DNA from: Longimicrobiales bacterium
GTDB lineage: Bacteria; Gemmatimonadota; Gemmatimonadetes; Longimicrobiales; Gaopeijiaceae
Reading direction: 5' to 3'
Assembly (NCBI GenBank): GCA_965226375.1
Contig: CBDDCX010000008.1
Span: 1,888,001 to 1,952,000 of the forward strand
Length of the DNA stretch: 64,000 bases
A model generated the notes under the pieces. The model was not told where the DNA came from, did no database searches, and was given only the letters and a program-made list of their open reading frames with translations. Below are positions 31,594 through 43,048 of this stretch, one piece after another (the stretch's first letter is position 1; every line of letters starts with the position of its first letter). The position numbers were made by a program, and so were the translations under genes.

Positions 31594-34237
31594 CTACTCC
31601 GCCCCCAACGTCACCACGGGATCGACCCTGACCGCTCGTCTCACGGGCACGAGTGTGGCGAGCACCGAGACGATCGCCACCCCCGCGGCAGCGGCTGCAT
31701 ACGTCAGCGGGTCCAGACTCTGCACGCCGCACAACAGCGACTCCATGAGCCGAGCGAGTCCGGCGGAAGCGCCCAGCCCGATCACCACACCGGCACCAAT
31801 CATCACAAACCCACTCTGCAGCACGAGGCGGCGCACGTCTGGGAGTCCGGCTCCCAGCGCAATGCGGATCCCGATCTCACGCGTGGGCTGGCTGACGCTG
31901 TAGGACACGACCCCGTATATGCCTATGAACGCCAGCAACATGGCGACAAGAGTGGCCCCACCCAGTAGCGTCAGGGTGTACGTCGTCCTCAGCATTGAAA
32001 GGGCCGCGATATCATCGAGCGTGCGGACCGAGAACAACGGGATCGTGGCGTTGACCCCCTGGACTACGGCTCTGACCTCATCGACGAGGGATAAGGGGTC
32101 CGACACGCCCGTGCGGACTGCGTAAGCGAACCAACGCGGCACCCACGGGTCGGCTCCCCAGAATCCATCCACGGCCAGCGGCCAATAAATCACATTGGCC
32201 GCGGCCCGGTCCACGCCGTCGTCGTGCGCGTCCGCGACCACCCCCACGATCTCATGCCAGTCGTTACTGGAGTACCTGACCTTCCTCCCGATCGCCCGCT
32301 CGGCATCGCCCCAGAACCGCTCAGCGTAGGCCTGGTTTACCACAACCACCCTCGCTCGATCCCGTGCGTCGCGCCAGGTGATCCCACGTCCGAAAAGAAT
32401 GGGGTTCCGCAACGTCTCGAAGTAATCCCCAGCGACCCATTTGACACGTACCTGCGGAGGCCTTTCCCCCTCCAGAGCCGGGAAGTCTTCGATGTGGATC
32501 GACTGATTGCTGTCATTCCCGTCCATGGGCAACGAGTTGGATCCTGTGACCCCCTCCACCCCCGGGATCTGCGCCACGAGTCGGATAACTTCCTCGTGGA
32601 ACGCGAGCACGTCCAAGGGCCCGGCGAGCACTGCCGAGGGAAGGTTCACCCGAAATGTCAGAACCTCCTCACCATCTTGAAATCCCGTCTGCACCGCACT
32701 GAGCGCCCGGAAACTCTGGGCCATCAAGCCCGATCCAACCATGAGCACCACGGCCAAGCCCACCTGCGACACGACCAAACCGTTGCGTACCCGCCCCCGC
32801 TCTCGGCCGCCGCTGGCGGAGCGGCTGGACTCGCGAAGTCCGACCGTCAGATCACCCCGGACAAGACGCAAAGCCGGGAAGGTCCCGAACAGCACACTGG
32901 CTCCGAACGTCCACCCCCACGAACGCGAGTCCCGCTCCGAGCAGTCCGCCCAACAGACCCAGCCCGACACTCTCCAGGAGAAGAGATCTGAAGAGACCTG
33001 CCCGCCCCGCCCCGAGGGCCGCACGAATGGCGACCTCTCTGTGCCGACCCTCACTCCTCAGCAACACCAGATTTGCGACATTTGCGCACGCTATCACCAG
33101 GACCAGGATTACGGCGCCGAAAAGAAACCAGAGCATGTTGCCGACCGGTTCGACGAGTTCCTCCCGGAGCGGGCGGATGCGCACTGCCAGCCCGAGGGCC
33201 CTGGCTTGCTGCAGCGTCATTCCGCCCGGATGACGTTCGACGGTGCGTGGGATTATCCCGGCCAAACCGGCCCTCGCCCGCTCCAGAGACACGCCGTCCG
33301 CAAGACGGGCCATGGCCTGGTAGCTGAAGTTCGAAAGGGTGACGCGCGACCGGTCCCACCGCAAAGGCACATAGATGTCGGGGTTGTGCCACTGAATGCG
33401 GGTGTCGGGCGGCATCACACCGATGATGTCACCGACGACCCCGTCCACGGTGACGGCGCGCCCAACCACGCCGGGATCGCCCCCGCACCGCCGCTGCCAG
33501 TAGCCGTGTCCGAGGATGAATACCGGAGGGCTGTGGGGCTGATCGTCTTCCACCTGAAACGGCCGACCCAGTAGCGGACGAATGCGGAGCACGTCGAAGA
33601 TTCCGTCCGTCACCCTCATGCCAACGACACGTTCAGCACCGGCCCCCCGCTGTGTGACTGTCACATCGTCGGGATCCCAAATTGCGATCTCTTCGAATTC
33701 ACGCGACTCGTCACGGATGGTGAAATAGGAAGCGGGTGATTGATTGAGCCACTCGATCCCATTTCCCGGAGAGGTCAGCCAAACGCCCACGAGCCGGTCG
33801 GGCTGATCGAATGGAAGTGGATTCAGCAGCACGGACTCCACGACGCTGAACAGCGCAGTCGTCCCGCCGATGCCAATCCCGAGAATCGCAACGATCAGCG
33901 CCGTGGAACTCGGGGTGCGGAGCAATCCCCTGAAGGTATGGACTCCGTCTCTTCTGAGGCTTTCCATCCTGCTTTCCCGTCCCGGTCCCCTTCCCTTCGA
34001 CACCCCCATGACGCCTTTCCTCCACTTCAGCCGATTTCGAAACAGGAATGAAAACGCAAGGGGGAATGCCGCGGCGACAAACCAGGCCCGCCGACGTGCG
34101 CTGGAAACGCCGGAGCCCAGGGCCTCGGTGCAGTCCTCCTCCAAGTCACCAATCCACGCCTCACACACCTCCGCGTCACCGACGAACAGTCGAAGCAACC
34201 ACACGACCCAGCATGGGACCTGGTGGCGCTTGGACAT
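31594..34237 (-). pseudogene. ADOP family ABC permease, frameshifted with internal deletion near 32900
   Basis: N-half in ORF 32852-34237 and C-half in ORF 31594-33054; TM segment between VDVR and VLFG missing. Confidence 0.88.
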
Positions 34238-34570
34238 CTAGCCCTCCTCCAGCAGTCCTTCGTGCCCCGCCCACATGCGCATGAGCGCGCGCCCGCTGCT
34301 GCGGAGGGCCTCGGTGCCGAGAGGGGTCAGCAGGAAAAGACGCCGAGCTCGCCCACCCCGCTCGCCCGTCGGCGCCGCCATCTGGGCATTCAGGTAACCC
34401 TTGGATACCAATCGCTCCAGCGTCGTGTACGCCGTGCTTCGTGACACCTCACGACCGGCCCTGGTCGTGAGTTCACCCCGGATACCCCGACCGTCAGCCT
34501 CGGCCCCGAGACCGAGTACAGCCAGAAGAACGAGTTGCTCGAACTCGCCCAGGTAGGTCTGTTTGTTCAT
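34238..34570 (-). CDS. PadR family transcriptional regulator
   Basis: LGEFEQLVLLAVL..YTTLERL..RGGRARR. Confidence 0.92.
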   Translation of the reverse strand: MNKQTYLGEFEQLVLLAVLGLGAEADGRGIRGELTTRAGREVSRSTAYTTLERLVSKGYLNAQMAAPTGERGGRARRLFLLTPLGTEALRSSGRALMRMWAGHEGLLEEG

Positions 34571-34601
34571 GCGTTCATTATGTCGACATAATGAACGCAT
34601 G
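34568..34601. promoter_or_regulatory. Perfect 34-bp palindrome over the padR start (operator)
   Basis: CATGCGTTCATTATGTC|GACATAATGAACGCATG. Confidence 0.75.
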
Positions 34602-34631
34602 TCCATGGGCGCCAGACCTCGAACTGCCCCC

Positions 34632-34676
34632 TTGACAACATGTGTTGGTAACACGTATGTTGGCAACACGTAACAT
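34632..34676 (+). promoter_or_regulatory. marR promoter with tandem dyad operators
   Basis: TTGACA followed by GTGTTGGTAACAC and TGTTGGCAACA dyads. Confidence 0.65.
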
Positions 34677-34692
34677 TTGAGAGGGAAAAAAC

Positions 34693-35148
34693 GTGTCCAT
34701 TCAAAAACGTGTCGCACAGCGGCGATTCGAGAGTCCGGCGCAGAGGGCCATGGTGAGTCTCCTGGTGACCGCGGGGCACCTTGCCCGAGCCCTCGAGGAG
34801 GTCTGCGACGCCCATGGCATCACGCACGACCAGTACAACGTCCTGCGGATCCTTCGGGGCGTTCACCCCGAGGGACACCCCAGGTACGCCATCGCCGAGC
34901 GGCTCATCGATCGGTCCCCGGACGTAACACGACTGCTGGACCGGCTGGAACGGGAGGGGTTCGTGGAGCGAAGTCGATCCGACGAAGACCGCCGACTCTC
35001 GATCTCCCGTATCACGGACCAGGGCATGGCTCTCCTGAAGGAGATGGACCCTCTGATCCTGAACGTTCACGAGGGTTTCACGGTCTGCTTCAGTCGCGAC
35101 GAGATGCGCCAGCTCGCCACCCTGTGCGAAAAGGCGCTAGCTAGATGA
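34693..35148 (+). CDS. MarR family transcriptional regulator
   Basis: QYNVLRILRG, PDVTRLLDRLE and DRR motifs. Confidence 0.92.
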   Translation: MSIQKRVAQRRFESPAQRAMVSLLVTAGHLARALEEVCDAHGITHDQYNVLRILRGVHPEGHPRYAIAERLIDRSPDVTRLLDRLEREGFVERSRSDEDRRLSISRITDQGMALLKEMDPLILNVHEGFTVCFSRDEMRQLATLCEKALAR

Positions 35149-35305
35149 GACCTCAAACGAGACACGCTGCGGCCGCGGTAACGCGTCCTTATTTTTGGAA
35201 AAATATGTGTTGTCCACATATATCGTGCACAACACAGACTGGCGACCACCTGCGCTTACGGGGCACTCGACATCCGCGCCTTCGAGCCCCACGGCACACC
35301 GAACG

Positions 35306-36426
35306 CCTAGTCTGTCTAGTGCCCTCCGATACAGCTGGCGACTCTCGGCGTCGAAGAAGACTACCGACTGCTCGTCAGGGGCGATCGCGAGCCCCCGGTT
35401 AGCATCGATCGCGACCTCGGACGGCGGAGTGATCGTTAGCATGACATGTGTGTCTTCCAGCCGCTCTCCCTCGGTCAGGATGGACCATACCTCGATCGAC
35501 AACAGCGTCGCCGTCACTGCGGCCAGACCCAAGGCTATGCGCCTCCAGCGAGTGTCCGAGCTTGGAATGAGGCGTCGGGATCCGTGCCGAAAACCTGGAT
35601 TGGCTAGAGCACCAGCCATCTGCGCTCCGAAGGGAAACCTGTCGGCGGGTACCCTCTCCAAGGCCCTGATCACCACCGCGTCTACGTTGGGCGGCACAGA
35701 AGCCCGCTCTGCCCTTACTGAGGGGGCCTCACCTGCAACGATCTTCCCCAACACCGCCTGCGGCGTACTCCCCGTGAACGGCGGATCACCCACAAGCATC
35801 TCGAATAGCACACAGCCCAGCGCGTAGATGTCCGTCGCAGCGCCCACGTGCAGATCACCCGTGGCCTGTTCCGGGCTCATGTAGTGCGGCGTGCCGAGGC
35901 TGAGTCCGGTCTCCGTCAGTCGGCCTCCGCCCCCGGCACCCACGGCCAATGCAATCCCGAAGGCGGAGATGACGGGCTTCCCGTCTTGGAGCATGATGTT
36001 CGCGGGCTTGATGTCCAGGTGGATGATCTTGTTGCGATGTGCGTAGTCGAGTGCCTCGGCTAGGTCCGTGGTGATCTTCACCGCTTCGTCAACGGGGAGT
36101 TGATGCTCCCGGTCCAGCCTGTCCCTTAACGACTCGCCTTCGATGAAGGGCATCACGTAGTAGAGGAAGCTGTCGGCTTCACCGGAATCGAACAGGGGCA
36201 GGATGTTCGGGTGAGTCAGGTTCGCCGTCGTCTTGATCTCAGCCAGGAACCGTTCGGCTCCGACTACCGCAGCTAGTTCTGGCTTGAGGACCTTCAGCGC
36301 GACCTTGCGTTCGTGCTTCAGGTCGTCGGCCAGGTAAACCGTAGCCATCCCGCCTTCACCCAACTCACGCTCGATGGTGTAGCGGTCTCCAAGAGCGGTG
36401 TTGAGGCGTTCGATGGTATCGGACAT
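35306..36426 (-). pseudogene. Ser/Thr protein kinase, catalytically degenerate and C-terminally truncated
   Basis: GEGGMATVY and VALK present, but HRD reads HLD and DFG reads AFG; TolB-like tail stops at YRRALDRL. Confidence 0.88.
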
Positions 36427-36537
36427 GGGCACTCCGGGATCAGACTGCGGTCAACATCCGAGAGCGGTCCGGTAGGCGCAAGCAGAGCCGTGTCAGACGC
36501 CTGTATTCACGTCGTAAGCGTATTCGGGGTTTATTCA
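36427..36537 (-). repeat. Kinase leader repeat, copy 1
   Basis: Shares GAATAAACCCCGAA, CTGCTTGCGC, GGATGTT and GTCTGATCC blocks with 48405-48532 and 50820-50946. Confidence 0.85.
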
Positions 36538-36651
36538 AACCGATCAGCATCAGTGGTTTCTTCAGCGGTAGTCTATGAGGCCGAGTATCTTATTTGCACC
36601 TCCGGACGCGGGAGGTTGGGAGACTACCTGATATTTGGTGGAGGCACGACC

Positions 36652-37032
36652 ATGAAAAGGCTCGTTCTAGCGATCGCGATGGCCGGATTCACCGTCGCCG
36701 GAATCGCCGCGCAAGAAGCACCCGAAGTCGAGCTGGCGATCGCCCTCGACGTGCAGGAGCGGCAACCCACTGGTGAGGGCACGGAATTCTCGGCCGACGT
36801 GGGGCAACTCGTAGCTTGGACGCGAGTCACGGGCCTCGCGAACACCACGGTGCGACATGTCTGGCGTCACCAAGAGCACGAGGAGGTCATCGAGCTGAGT
36901 GTGGGTGGCTCGCCGTGGCGGATCTGGTCGCGCAGGACCATCCCCGCAGAGTGGACGGGCGCATGGACGGTGGCAGTGCTCGACGCCCAGGACAACGTCC
37001 TCGCGACCGCGGAGTTCACTGTGGGTGTCTGA
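36652..37032 (+). CDS. DUF2914 domain secreted protein
   Basis: RBS GGAGG; signal peptide; HVW..WRIWSRRTI..GAWTV. Confidence 0.85.
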   Translation: MKRLVLAIAMAGFTVAGIAAQEAPEVELAIALDVQERQPTGEGTEFSADVGQLVAWTRVTGLANTTVRHVWRHQEHEEVIELSVGGSPWRIWSRRTIPAEWTGAWTVAVLDAQDNVLATAEFTVGV

Positions 37033-37137
37033 CCATTCCACGGGCACCGAGAGTCGTACTGCCTGTGCGTGAGACAGAGGAATCGACTCCCGCGAAGGCT
37101 GGAGAGCTCTTCATACAAACCTCCGAGCGAGGAACGC

Positions 37138-37179
37138 CCATGCGCTCAAGCTATGGGTGATGCTGAGGTTGGGCGATGG
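37138..37179. repeat. 42-bp direct repeat, copy 1
   Basis: CCATGCGCTCAAGCTATGGGTGATGCTGAGGTTGGGCGATGG; abuts the LVIVD gene stop. Confidence 0.95.
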
Positions 37180-38338
37180 TCAGCACTCCGGTCTGAAAAT
37201 CCACAGCCCGCTGGTTACCTCCGACACGTAGACCAAGCCGTTGTGCAGCTGGGCACCCCAACTACTCGCGCCAAGGCCAAGGCCGAAAGACCCCCCGTAA
37301 GTGATAGAGGCGAGTAGCCGTCCCTGTGTGTCGAGTCGGCCAAGAAGCTCCCCGCTAACGTCAATGGCCATTAGTCCTTGCTCCCACCATGCCACGTAGA
37401 GAATGCCTCGCGCCTCGTCCAGCCAGAAGTTGTGCGGGTTCCCACCGCTAACCACGAAAGTGGCAACCTCGACCGGGAGGGAATATCACTGACATCCACC
37501 ACGTGCAGCACCCCCGGACGGTCACTTTCCTCACCGACAAACACATACTCCGCGTCCGGCCAGTACCAAGCGTTGTGGGTGTTCCCCCCCTCGGTTTGCA
37601 CTCGCCCGACCTCGACGGGATTCGTTGGAGAGCCACCCCCTATGCCATTACCGACGTCGAGGATCACCAACCCGGCATCCCAGTGGCTGACGAACGCGAG
37701 ACCGTCGCGCACGTACACGTCATGACAACGGCTCGAGCCGGCGTAAGAGTCCGCCACGACCTGCGGATCAGCGGGGTTACTGATGTCGACAATGAAAAGC
37801 ATCCTCCCACCCGCAGCCCGATTCCCGCACGCGTACACGTAGTCACCCTCGATCCAGGCGTTGTGAACTTTAGAGAGCGGCGGGGTCGTGACATTTGTAA
37901 TGACCTCGGGGCTCAGGGGGTTCGAGAGGTCAAGCAGGATGATGATTCCACTGCCGCTTTCTGGCGAGTCCGCCTGCGTGATCACCCCGAGCGTGCCGTC
38001 GGCCCGGATCTTCACATCCATGACCGGACCGTCTCCATCCAACACAAGGGACGTTGCCCGTCTCGGCATTGCCGGGTTACTCACGTCCCACACCCACAGG
38101 GTGTTCGTGGCGGCTCCAGTATTGAAGAGGTCAAACATGCCGGTATAGGCGTGCCGTGAACCCAGAGGTCCGAGGTCAGCGGTTGATCTCCGTGTCCGAC
38201 CACCGTGAACGTCGGGGGTGCCTCATCGGAGGGTGCCGTGGCGTGCCCACAGCCGCATGCAAGGAGGAGTGTACAGATGCTCAAGACTATGCGAGTCAGC
38301 GGCTGAATCGAGCCAAACTCGAAGGAGTACATGGCCAT
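37180..38338 (-). pseudogene. LVIVD repeat lipoprotein with two frameshifts
   Basis: Three ORF pieces (38081-38338, 37371-38138, 37180-37455); lipobox and WDVSNP/LDLSNP/VDISNP repeats. Confidence 0.85.
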
Positions 38339-38397
38339 GCGCTCAAGCTATGGGTGATGCTGAGGTCGGGCGATGGCTGGATTTGACTGATGCGAGG
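38335..38397. repeat. 42-bp direct repeat, copy 2 (extended to ~63 bp with copy 3)
   Basis: One mismatch to copy 1; its CAT is the LVIVD ORF start. Confidence 0.95.
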
Positions 38398-39916
38398 CCG
38401 CGAGGTAAACGAAAAAGCCCATCCCGACCCATAGGCCCCGAACGCCGCCCGGGACGCTCGGGGCCTTCTCCCACCGTGGCGGCGAAGTTCGCGTATCCGC
38501 CGCAGAGCCTCTTCAGTGTTTCACCTGGTAAAGGGATGCACCGCGACCAAACAGCCGTTCTCTAGCTGCCACATACACTGACTGAACGCGGTACTACCAG
38601 TGGGCAACACCCGCCACAATACGAGGTCATAAGTGTCACCAACTGCCAGAGGCAGCGGTCCCCAGGTTTGCAGGATGCCAGCGCCCGCAGGTGCCACCCC
38701 ATAGGTCACAGGTGGCATGATGAGGTTGGCTTCAGATGGTGTCCCGCTGACAGTTGAAGGTGGTGGCTCCGGAGAGTCTCCTTGTTAGCCTGCCTTTCTC
38801 ATTTCGGCAACCGGTTCATGGTCGTCGAGGTGGGCCCTGAGCATCCAGAGCTGGTCGTAGCCGATGATCCTCCGGTAGCTCTTCTCGGTCTCCACGAACG
38901 AGGCCGCAGCCCAGCGCAAGGCCATCGCTCCGTTCTTCCAGTGGGTCACCCTGCGGGTCTTCTGTCTTACGCCCGAGTGGGTGCTGTCGATCAGGTTGGT
39001 CGAGCCCAGGCACTTCCTCAGCCGCGGCGGGAGGCCGAGCCGGTTGATCGTGAACATCTCGCTGAGGCCTTCGCGTAGGCTGGCCGAGGCCGAGGGGTGG
39101 TCGCGCTCGAGCCATCGGGCGAGCTGCTCGAGCTTCTGCTCGCCCTGCTTCGCGTCCAGCTTCATCGCCGCCCGGAACGCCGCCTTCACCTGAGGATGCT
39201 GATCCTTCGGCAGATGACCCAGCACGTTGCGGAGCTTGTGGTTGCGGCAGCGCTGGATGGGGTGACGTTGGCCGAACACCTTCTCGATCGCCTTCCTGAG
39301 CGCTTTCGAGCCATCGATCACGAACAGCCGCCGCCTGCCCGGGTCCAGGCCGCGCTCGACCAGATCCTCTAGGAGCGCGCTGGTCACCTCGGCGTTCTCA
39401 CTCGCTCCTTCCCTCACGCCCAGCACGTGCTTCTTTCCGTCTGAGTCCACGCCTACCGCAGCAAGCACGTGGTGCGAGCCCATCTGGATCCCGTCCAGGT
39501 AGATCACCAGGAGGTCCCACGCATCCAGCCGGCGCTCCATCAGCTCCTTCAGCACGCGCTCCGAGGCCTCGACCGTCTCACGGCTCACCGCCGACTTGCT
39601 CACCCCGACCGTGTCGGCCATCTCACCGATCACACGGCCGTACTTCCGCGTGCTCACCCCCGCCATCAGGACCTCGAGCATCCGATCCGCCACGGCGCCC
39701 GGTCTCCGGATCGCTGCGTACGCCGGCACCTCGACCTCGCCACCCTCCCCGGCGCCCCGGCGCCTGAGCCGTGGCCGCTCCACACGCACCTTCCGGTCCG
39801 ACAGGTAAACCACACCACCCTGCCGGCCATACCACACCGTGTCGTCTTCCGCTCGTGACCGACGGTCAAGTCCCGAGTTGTGTGTAAAAGTGAGAGGAAG
39901 CTCCTCGATGCTTCGG

Positions 39917-41098
39917 TTAGGCTGCCTTGGCGACCTCCTTGGGTTCGAGAAGCGTGAGATCGAGGTAGCGGCGTTCGCTCCAGACCGCAGTAGTCTTCAG
40001 AGCAACCGCGGTGATGAGGCGGAGCGCACTGGCTCGGTCGGGGAAGGCGCCGGCGCTCCGGATCCGACGCTTGATCTCGGTGTGCAGGCGCTCGAGGCTG
40101 TTCGTGGTGCGTAGCCTGGCCCAGTGGGGCTCGGGGAACGCGTAGAACTGGGTGGCGGCCGTGAAGCCCCGCTCGAGCACCTTCATTGCCTCGGGGAGCT
40201 CCTCTTGCCAGCGCGTCGTGATCTCGGCCAGGCGCTTCTTCGCCTCAGCGAGCCCGGGGGCCCGGAAGACGGCGGCAACCTCGCGCGCCACACGCTTGCG
40301 CAGGCGATGCGGGACCTTGGCCAGCACGTTGCGTTGCAGGTGCACGGTGCAGCGCTGACGGCGCACCTCAGGCAGGAAGCGGCGCACCGCAGCTGCCAGG
40401 CCCGCGTGCTTGTCGGCGATCACCAGTTCGACGCCGCTGAGACCTCGCTCCAGGAGCTGCTCGAGGAGCTCCGACCAACTGTCCTCTGACTCCTCAGGGC
40501 CTAGCGTGATGGCCAGGAGCCGGCGGTGACCGTCCGGATCCACCGCGTAGGCCACGAGCGCGCTCACGTTCTCGACCTTCCTGGCCCAGCGCGCATCGAG
40601 GAACGTCGCGTCCAGATACAGATAGGGGTGAGGCCCCTCGATGGGTGCGCTCCGCAGCGCTTCTACAGCCCCATCGAGCCGCTTCGCGACCCGGCTTACC
40701 GTCGAGCGTCCCACGCGCTCACCCAGCAGTGCTTCAGTCACGTCGCCCATCTTGCGCTGCGACACACCGCTCACGTAGGCCTCCACCATCATCTCGTCCA
40801 CTTCTTCACTCCTGCGCCGGTAGCGGCCCATCACGTCGGCGGGCGAGCCGCCTTCCCGGCTGCGCGGCACCATCACGTCGATCTGACCCAAGCTCGTGAG
40901 CAGGCGCCTGAGGTACGTGCCGTTCCTGTGGTCCTTCCGGCTGCCGACCCGCTCGAAACGACGCGCTCCGACCATCGCTTTCAACTCCTCCTCCAGCACC
41001 ATCTCGAGCGTAACACGAATCGCGCCCTGAAACAACGACTTCAAATCCTGCCGTAACTCTTCTTGCGTGGCCCGCTCAACTTCAACCATCTTTTCCAT
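39917..41098 (-). CDS. IS256 family transposase (intact ORF)
   Basis: YLYLDAT, IADKHAGL, QRCTVH and RTTNSLER motifs. Confidence 0.95.
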   Translation of the reverse strand: MEKMVEVERATQEELRQDLKSLFQGAIRVTLEMVLEEELKAMVGARRFERVGSRKDHRNGTYLRRLLTSLGQIDVMVPRSREGGSPADVMGRYRRRSEEVDEMMVEAYVSGVSQRKMGDVTEALLGERVGRSTVSRVAKRLDGAVEALRSAPIEGPHPYLYLDATFLDARWARKVENVSALVAYAVDPDGHRRLLAITLGPEESEDSWSELLEQLLERGLSGVELVIADKHAGLAAAVRRFLPEVRRQRCTVHLQRNVLAKVPHRLRKRVAREVAAVFRAPGLAEAKKRLAEITTRWQEELPEAMKVLERGFTAATQFYAFPEPHWARLRTTNSLERLHTEIKRRIRSAGAFPDRASALRLITAVALKTTAVWSERRYLDLTLLEPKEVAKAA

Positions 41099-41241
41099 GA
41101 GGAAGCTCCTTTCCGGTTCCGGACCTGCTGGCGCAGGCCCGGACTCCCCGGGTTCGTGTCATGATGAACATTCACAAGGAGCTTCCTCTCTTTTTCCCGG
41201 GCTGTCCACCCTCCCCGGACCCCTCACCCCCTTTTACACAA

Positions 41242-42308
41242 AGGGGGTATTCCCTTAAGTCCACCGACCCCAAGATATAGTGGTTACCGGGGCTCTGCGG
41301 GCCGTTTCCCACGTCCGGTGCCGAGGTAAAGGGCCGAAGCTGGCGTGGGAGCACACTGAACAGCCTGCTCAAGCAAGCGGTAGAACAACAGGCCGCGAGC
41401 CCGGGATGTGCGTCGGTTGAAGCGAAAGGTGAACTCGTCCAGATAGTAGGGGAGGTGTTCGCGGGCGATCCCTCCTTGGAGGGTTCCGAGGACCCAGCGC
41501 TTGAGGAGAGACGCCACCCGATGTACGGCCGACATGAGCACGTGAGCGGGATCGCCGGAGGTCGAGAGGTTCGTGACCGTGTGGCGAAAGCCCAGTTTGG
41601 CGAGTCCCTGATAGCTTGGCCATCCGTCGGTATGCACCGTGCTTGCCGGTGCGATGCTATCCTTGACGAAGCCTCGCAGAACCGGAGCGGAGAGGTCGGG
41701 CACCCAACGCAGCCGTATTCTCCCGATCTTGCGTCCGTCGACCTCGGCGGCGATCGCGACGATGGCCTTCTTGATCGTCTCGCGGCCCCGCACTCCAGCC
41801 TCCACGCCCCCGACATAGCTCTCGTCCACTTGCACAACGCCGCTCAGCTGGTCGCGATCCGGTCGGACCATGGCCCGGCGGAGCTTGTGGAGCCAGACCC
41901 ACGCTGTCTTGTAGCTTCCCAGTCCGAGCACGCGCTGGAGCCCGAGAGCATTGGCTCCGTATTTCTGGCTCGTGAGCTCCCAGGCAGCGAGAAACCACAG
42001 ACGCAGGGGCGAGCGCGTGCGGTGGAACACGGTTCCCGCCAGCACCGAGGTCTGCCTTCGACAGTGTGGGCAGACGAGACGCCCCCGCGATGCTCGCCAG
42101 ACCTCTCCCAACCCGCCACAGCCCACGCACACAAACCCTTCCGGCCAGCGCAGACCCTCCACGTACTCCAGGCATGCCGCATCGTCGGGGAAGAACTCGT
42201 CCAGCTCCAGCCGCGTACGGGGATAGTCCACGCCGCCACGGAGCTGAGAAGCCGGAACCGCCATGACCACAACATGTAGTGGGCGGTGGACTTAAGGCAA
42301 TACCCCAT
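41242..42308 (-). mobile_element. IS1595-family element (inner), 8-bp TSD TTACACAA
   Basis: IRs GGGGTATT(C/G)CCTTAAGTCCACCG; TSD 41234-41241 and 42309-42316; inserted inside the middle element's terminal IR. Confidence 0.95.
41284..42270 (-). CDS. IS1595 family transposase
   Basis: Zn ribbon CxxC..CxxC, VQVDESY, VHTDG and YLDEFTFRFNRR. Confidence 0.95.
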   Translation of the reverse strand: MVMAVPASQLRGGVDYPRTRLELDEFFPDDAACLEYVEGLRWPEGFVCVGCGGLGEVWRASRGRLVCPHCRRQTSVLAGTVFHRTRSPLRLWFLAAWELTSQKYGANALGLQRVLGLGSYKTAWVWLHKLRRAMVRPDRDQLSGVVQVDESYVGGVEAGVRGRETIKKAIVAIAAEVDGRKIGRIRLRWVPDLSAPVLRGFVKDSIAPASTVHTDGWPSYQGLAKLGFRHTVTNLSTSGDPAHVLMSAVHRVASLLKRWVLGTLQGGIAREHLPYYLDEFTFRFNRRTSRARGLLFYRLLEQAVQCAPTPASALYLGTGRGKRPAEPR

Positions 42309-43048
42309 TTACACAAATATCGCGACACTACCTGACCGACCTGCCTGCTTCACGCCTGCCACACCCTCGGCGCTCATCTCCAGCACCGCTTCGATCGTCG
42401 CTCGTCCCATCACCTGGATGACTTCGTCGATCGCGACCTCCGTCTGCTCCACGAGCTCAAGCATCGGAACCAGAAACTGCCCCTCCCGCTTCAGGAACTC
42501 CCTGATCGCGCGCTTGTCCGCCCGATCCCTTACCTCGTATGTTCTCTTCATCGTGGTGGCTCCGTGTTGGGGTTTTTGCCTACCCGAGCCTATCGGCCCG
42601 GGACCCCCGGAGCCACCACTTTTCTTTCTCCCCTATCGGGAACCTTCAACTACGGTTGGGACAGCTTCTGGCTTCATCGGGACCGTCCCAAAGGCTATTG
42701 ACGCCCTCGTCGGCGGCGATCACCCACACGTCACCCTCGTCCCCCTCGACGAGCACCATCGCCATGGGACACCTGGGCTCCCAATCGAAGACGATTGATG
42801 GACCGCTGCTGACCGTAGCAGTGACTGAGGTGGTCTCCGGTGCGCAGGCTGCGGCAGTCGGTCCGGTCGAATCTTCACCGCCACAGGCGGTAGCAGTTAG
42901 AGCGGTGGCCATTCCGATGATGCATGGATAGTACCGTTTCATGATCACCTCCAAGGCGATGTGAGTGTCTGCGTGGAGGATGCAACCACCGCGGATAGAG
43001 GGGCATACGTAATCCTACTTAGCATCTCCTCGATTCACGCCCACGAGC

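Larger units (their letters stand above)
39864..42332 (-). mobile_element. IS256-family element (middle), 8-bp TSD TGACCGAC
   Basis: IRs GGTCAAGTCCCGAGTTGTGTGTAAAAG / GGTAGTGTCGCGATATTTGTGTAAA; TSD 39856-39863 and 42333-42340. Confidence 0.95.
38735..42668 (-). mobile_element. IS256-family element (outer), transposase interrupted; 8-bp TSD TGGCTTCA
   Basis: IRs GATGGTGTCCC..AGTTGAAGG / GAAGCTGTCCC..AGTTGAAGG; TSD 38727-38734 and 42669-42676; tnp pieces 42333-42551 and 38785-39863 (YLDG, IDG, QRCRNHK, STN). Confidence 0.95.
38521..42942 (-). pseudogene. Small lipoprotein split by the nested IS stack
   Basis: MKRYY..LTATAC lipobox; excising 38735-42676 restores WDGPDEANLIMPPVTYG in frame. Confidence 0.9.
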
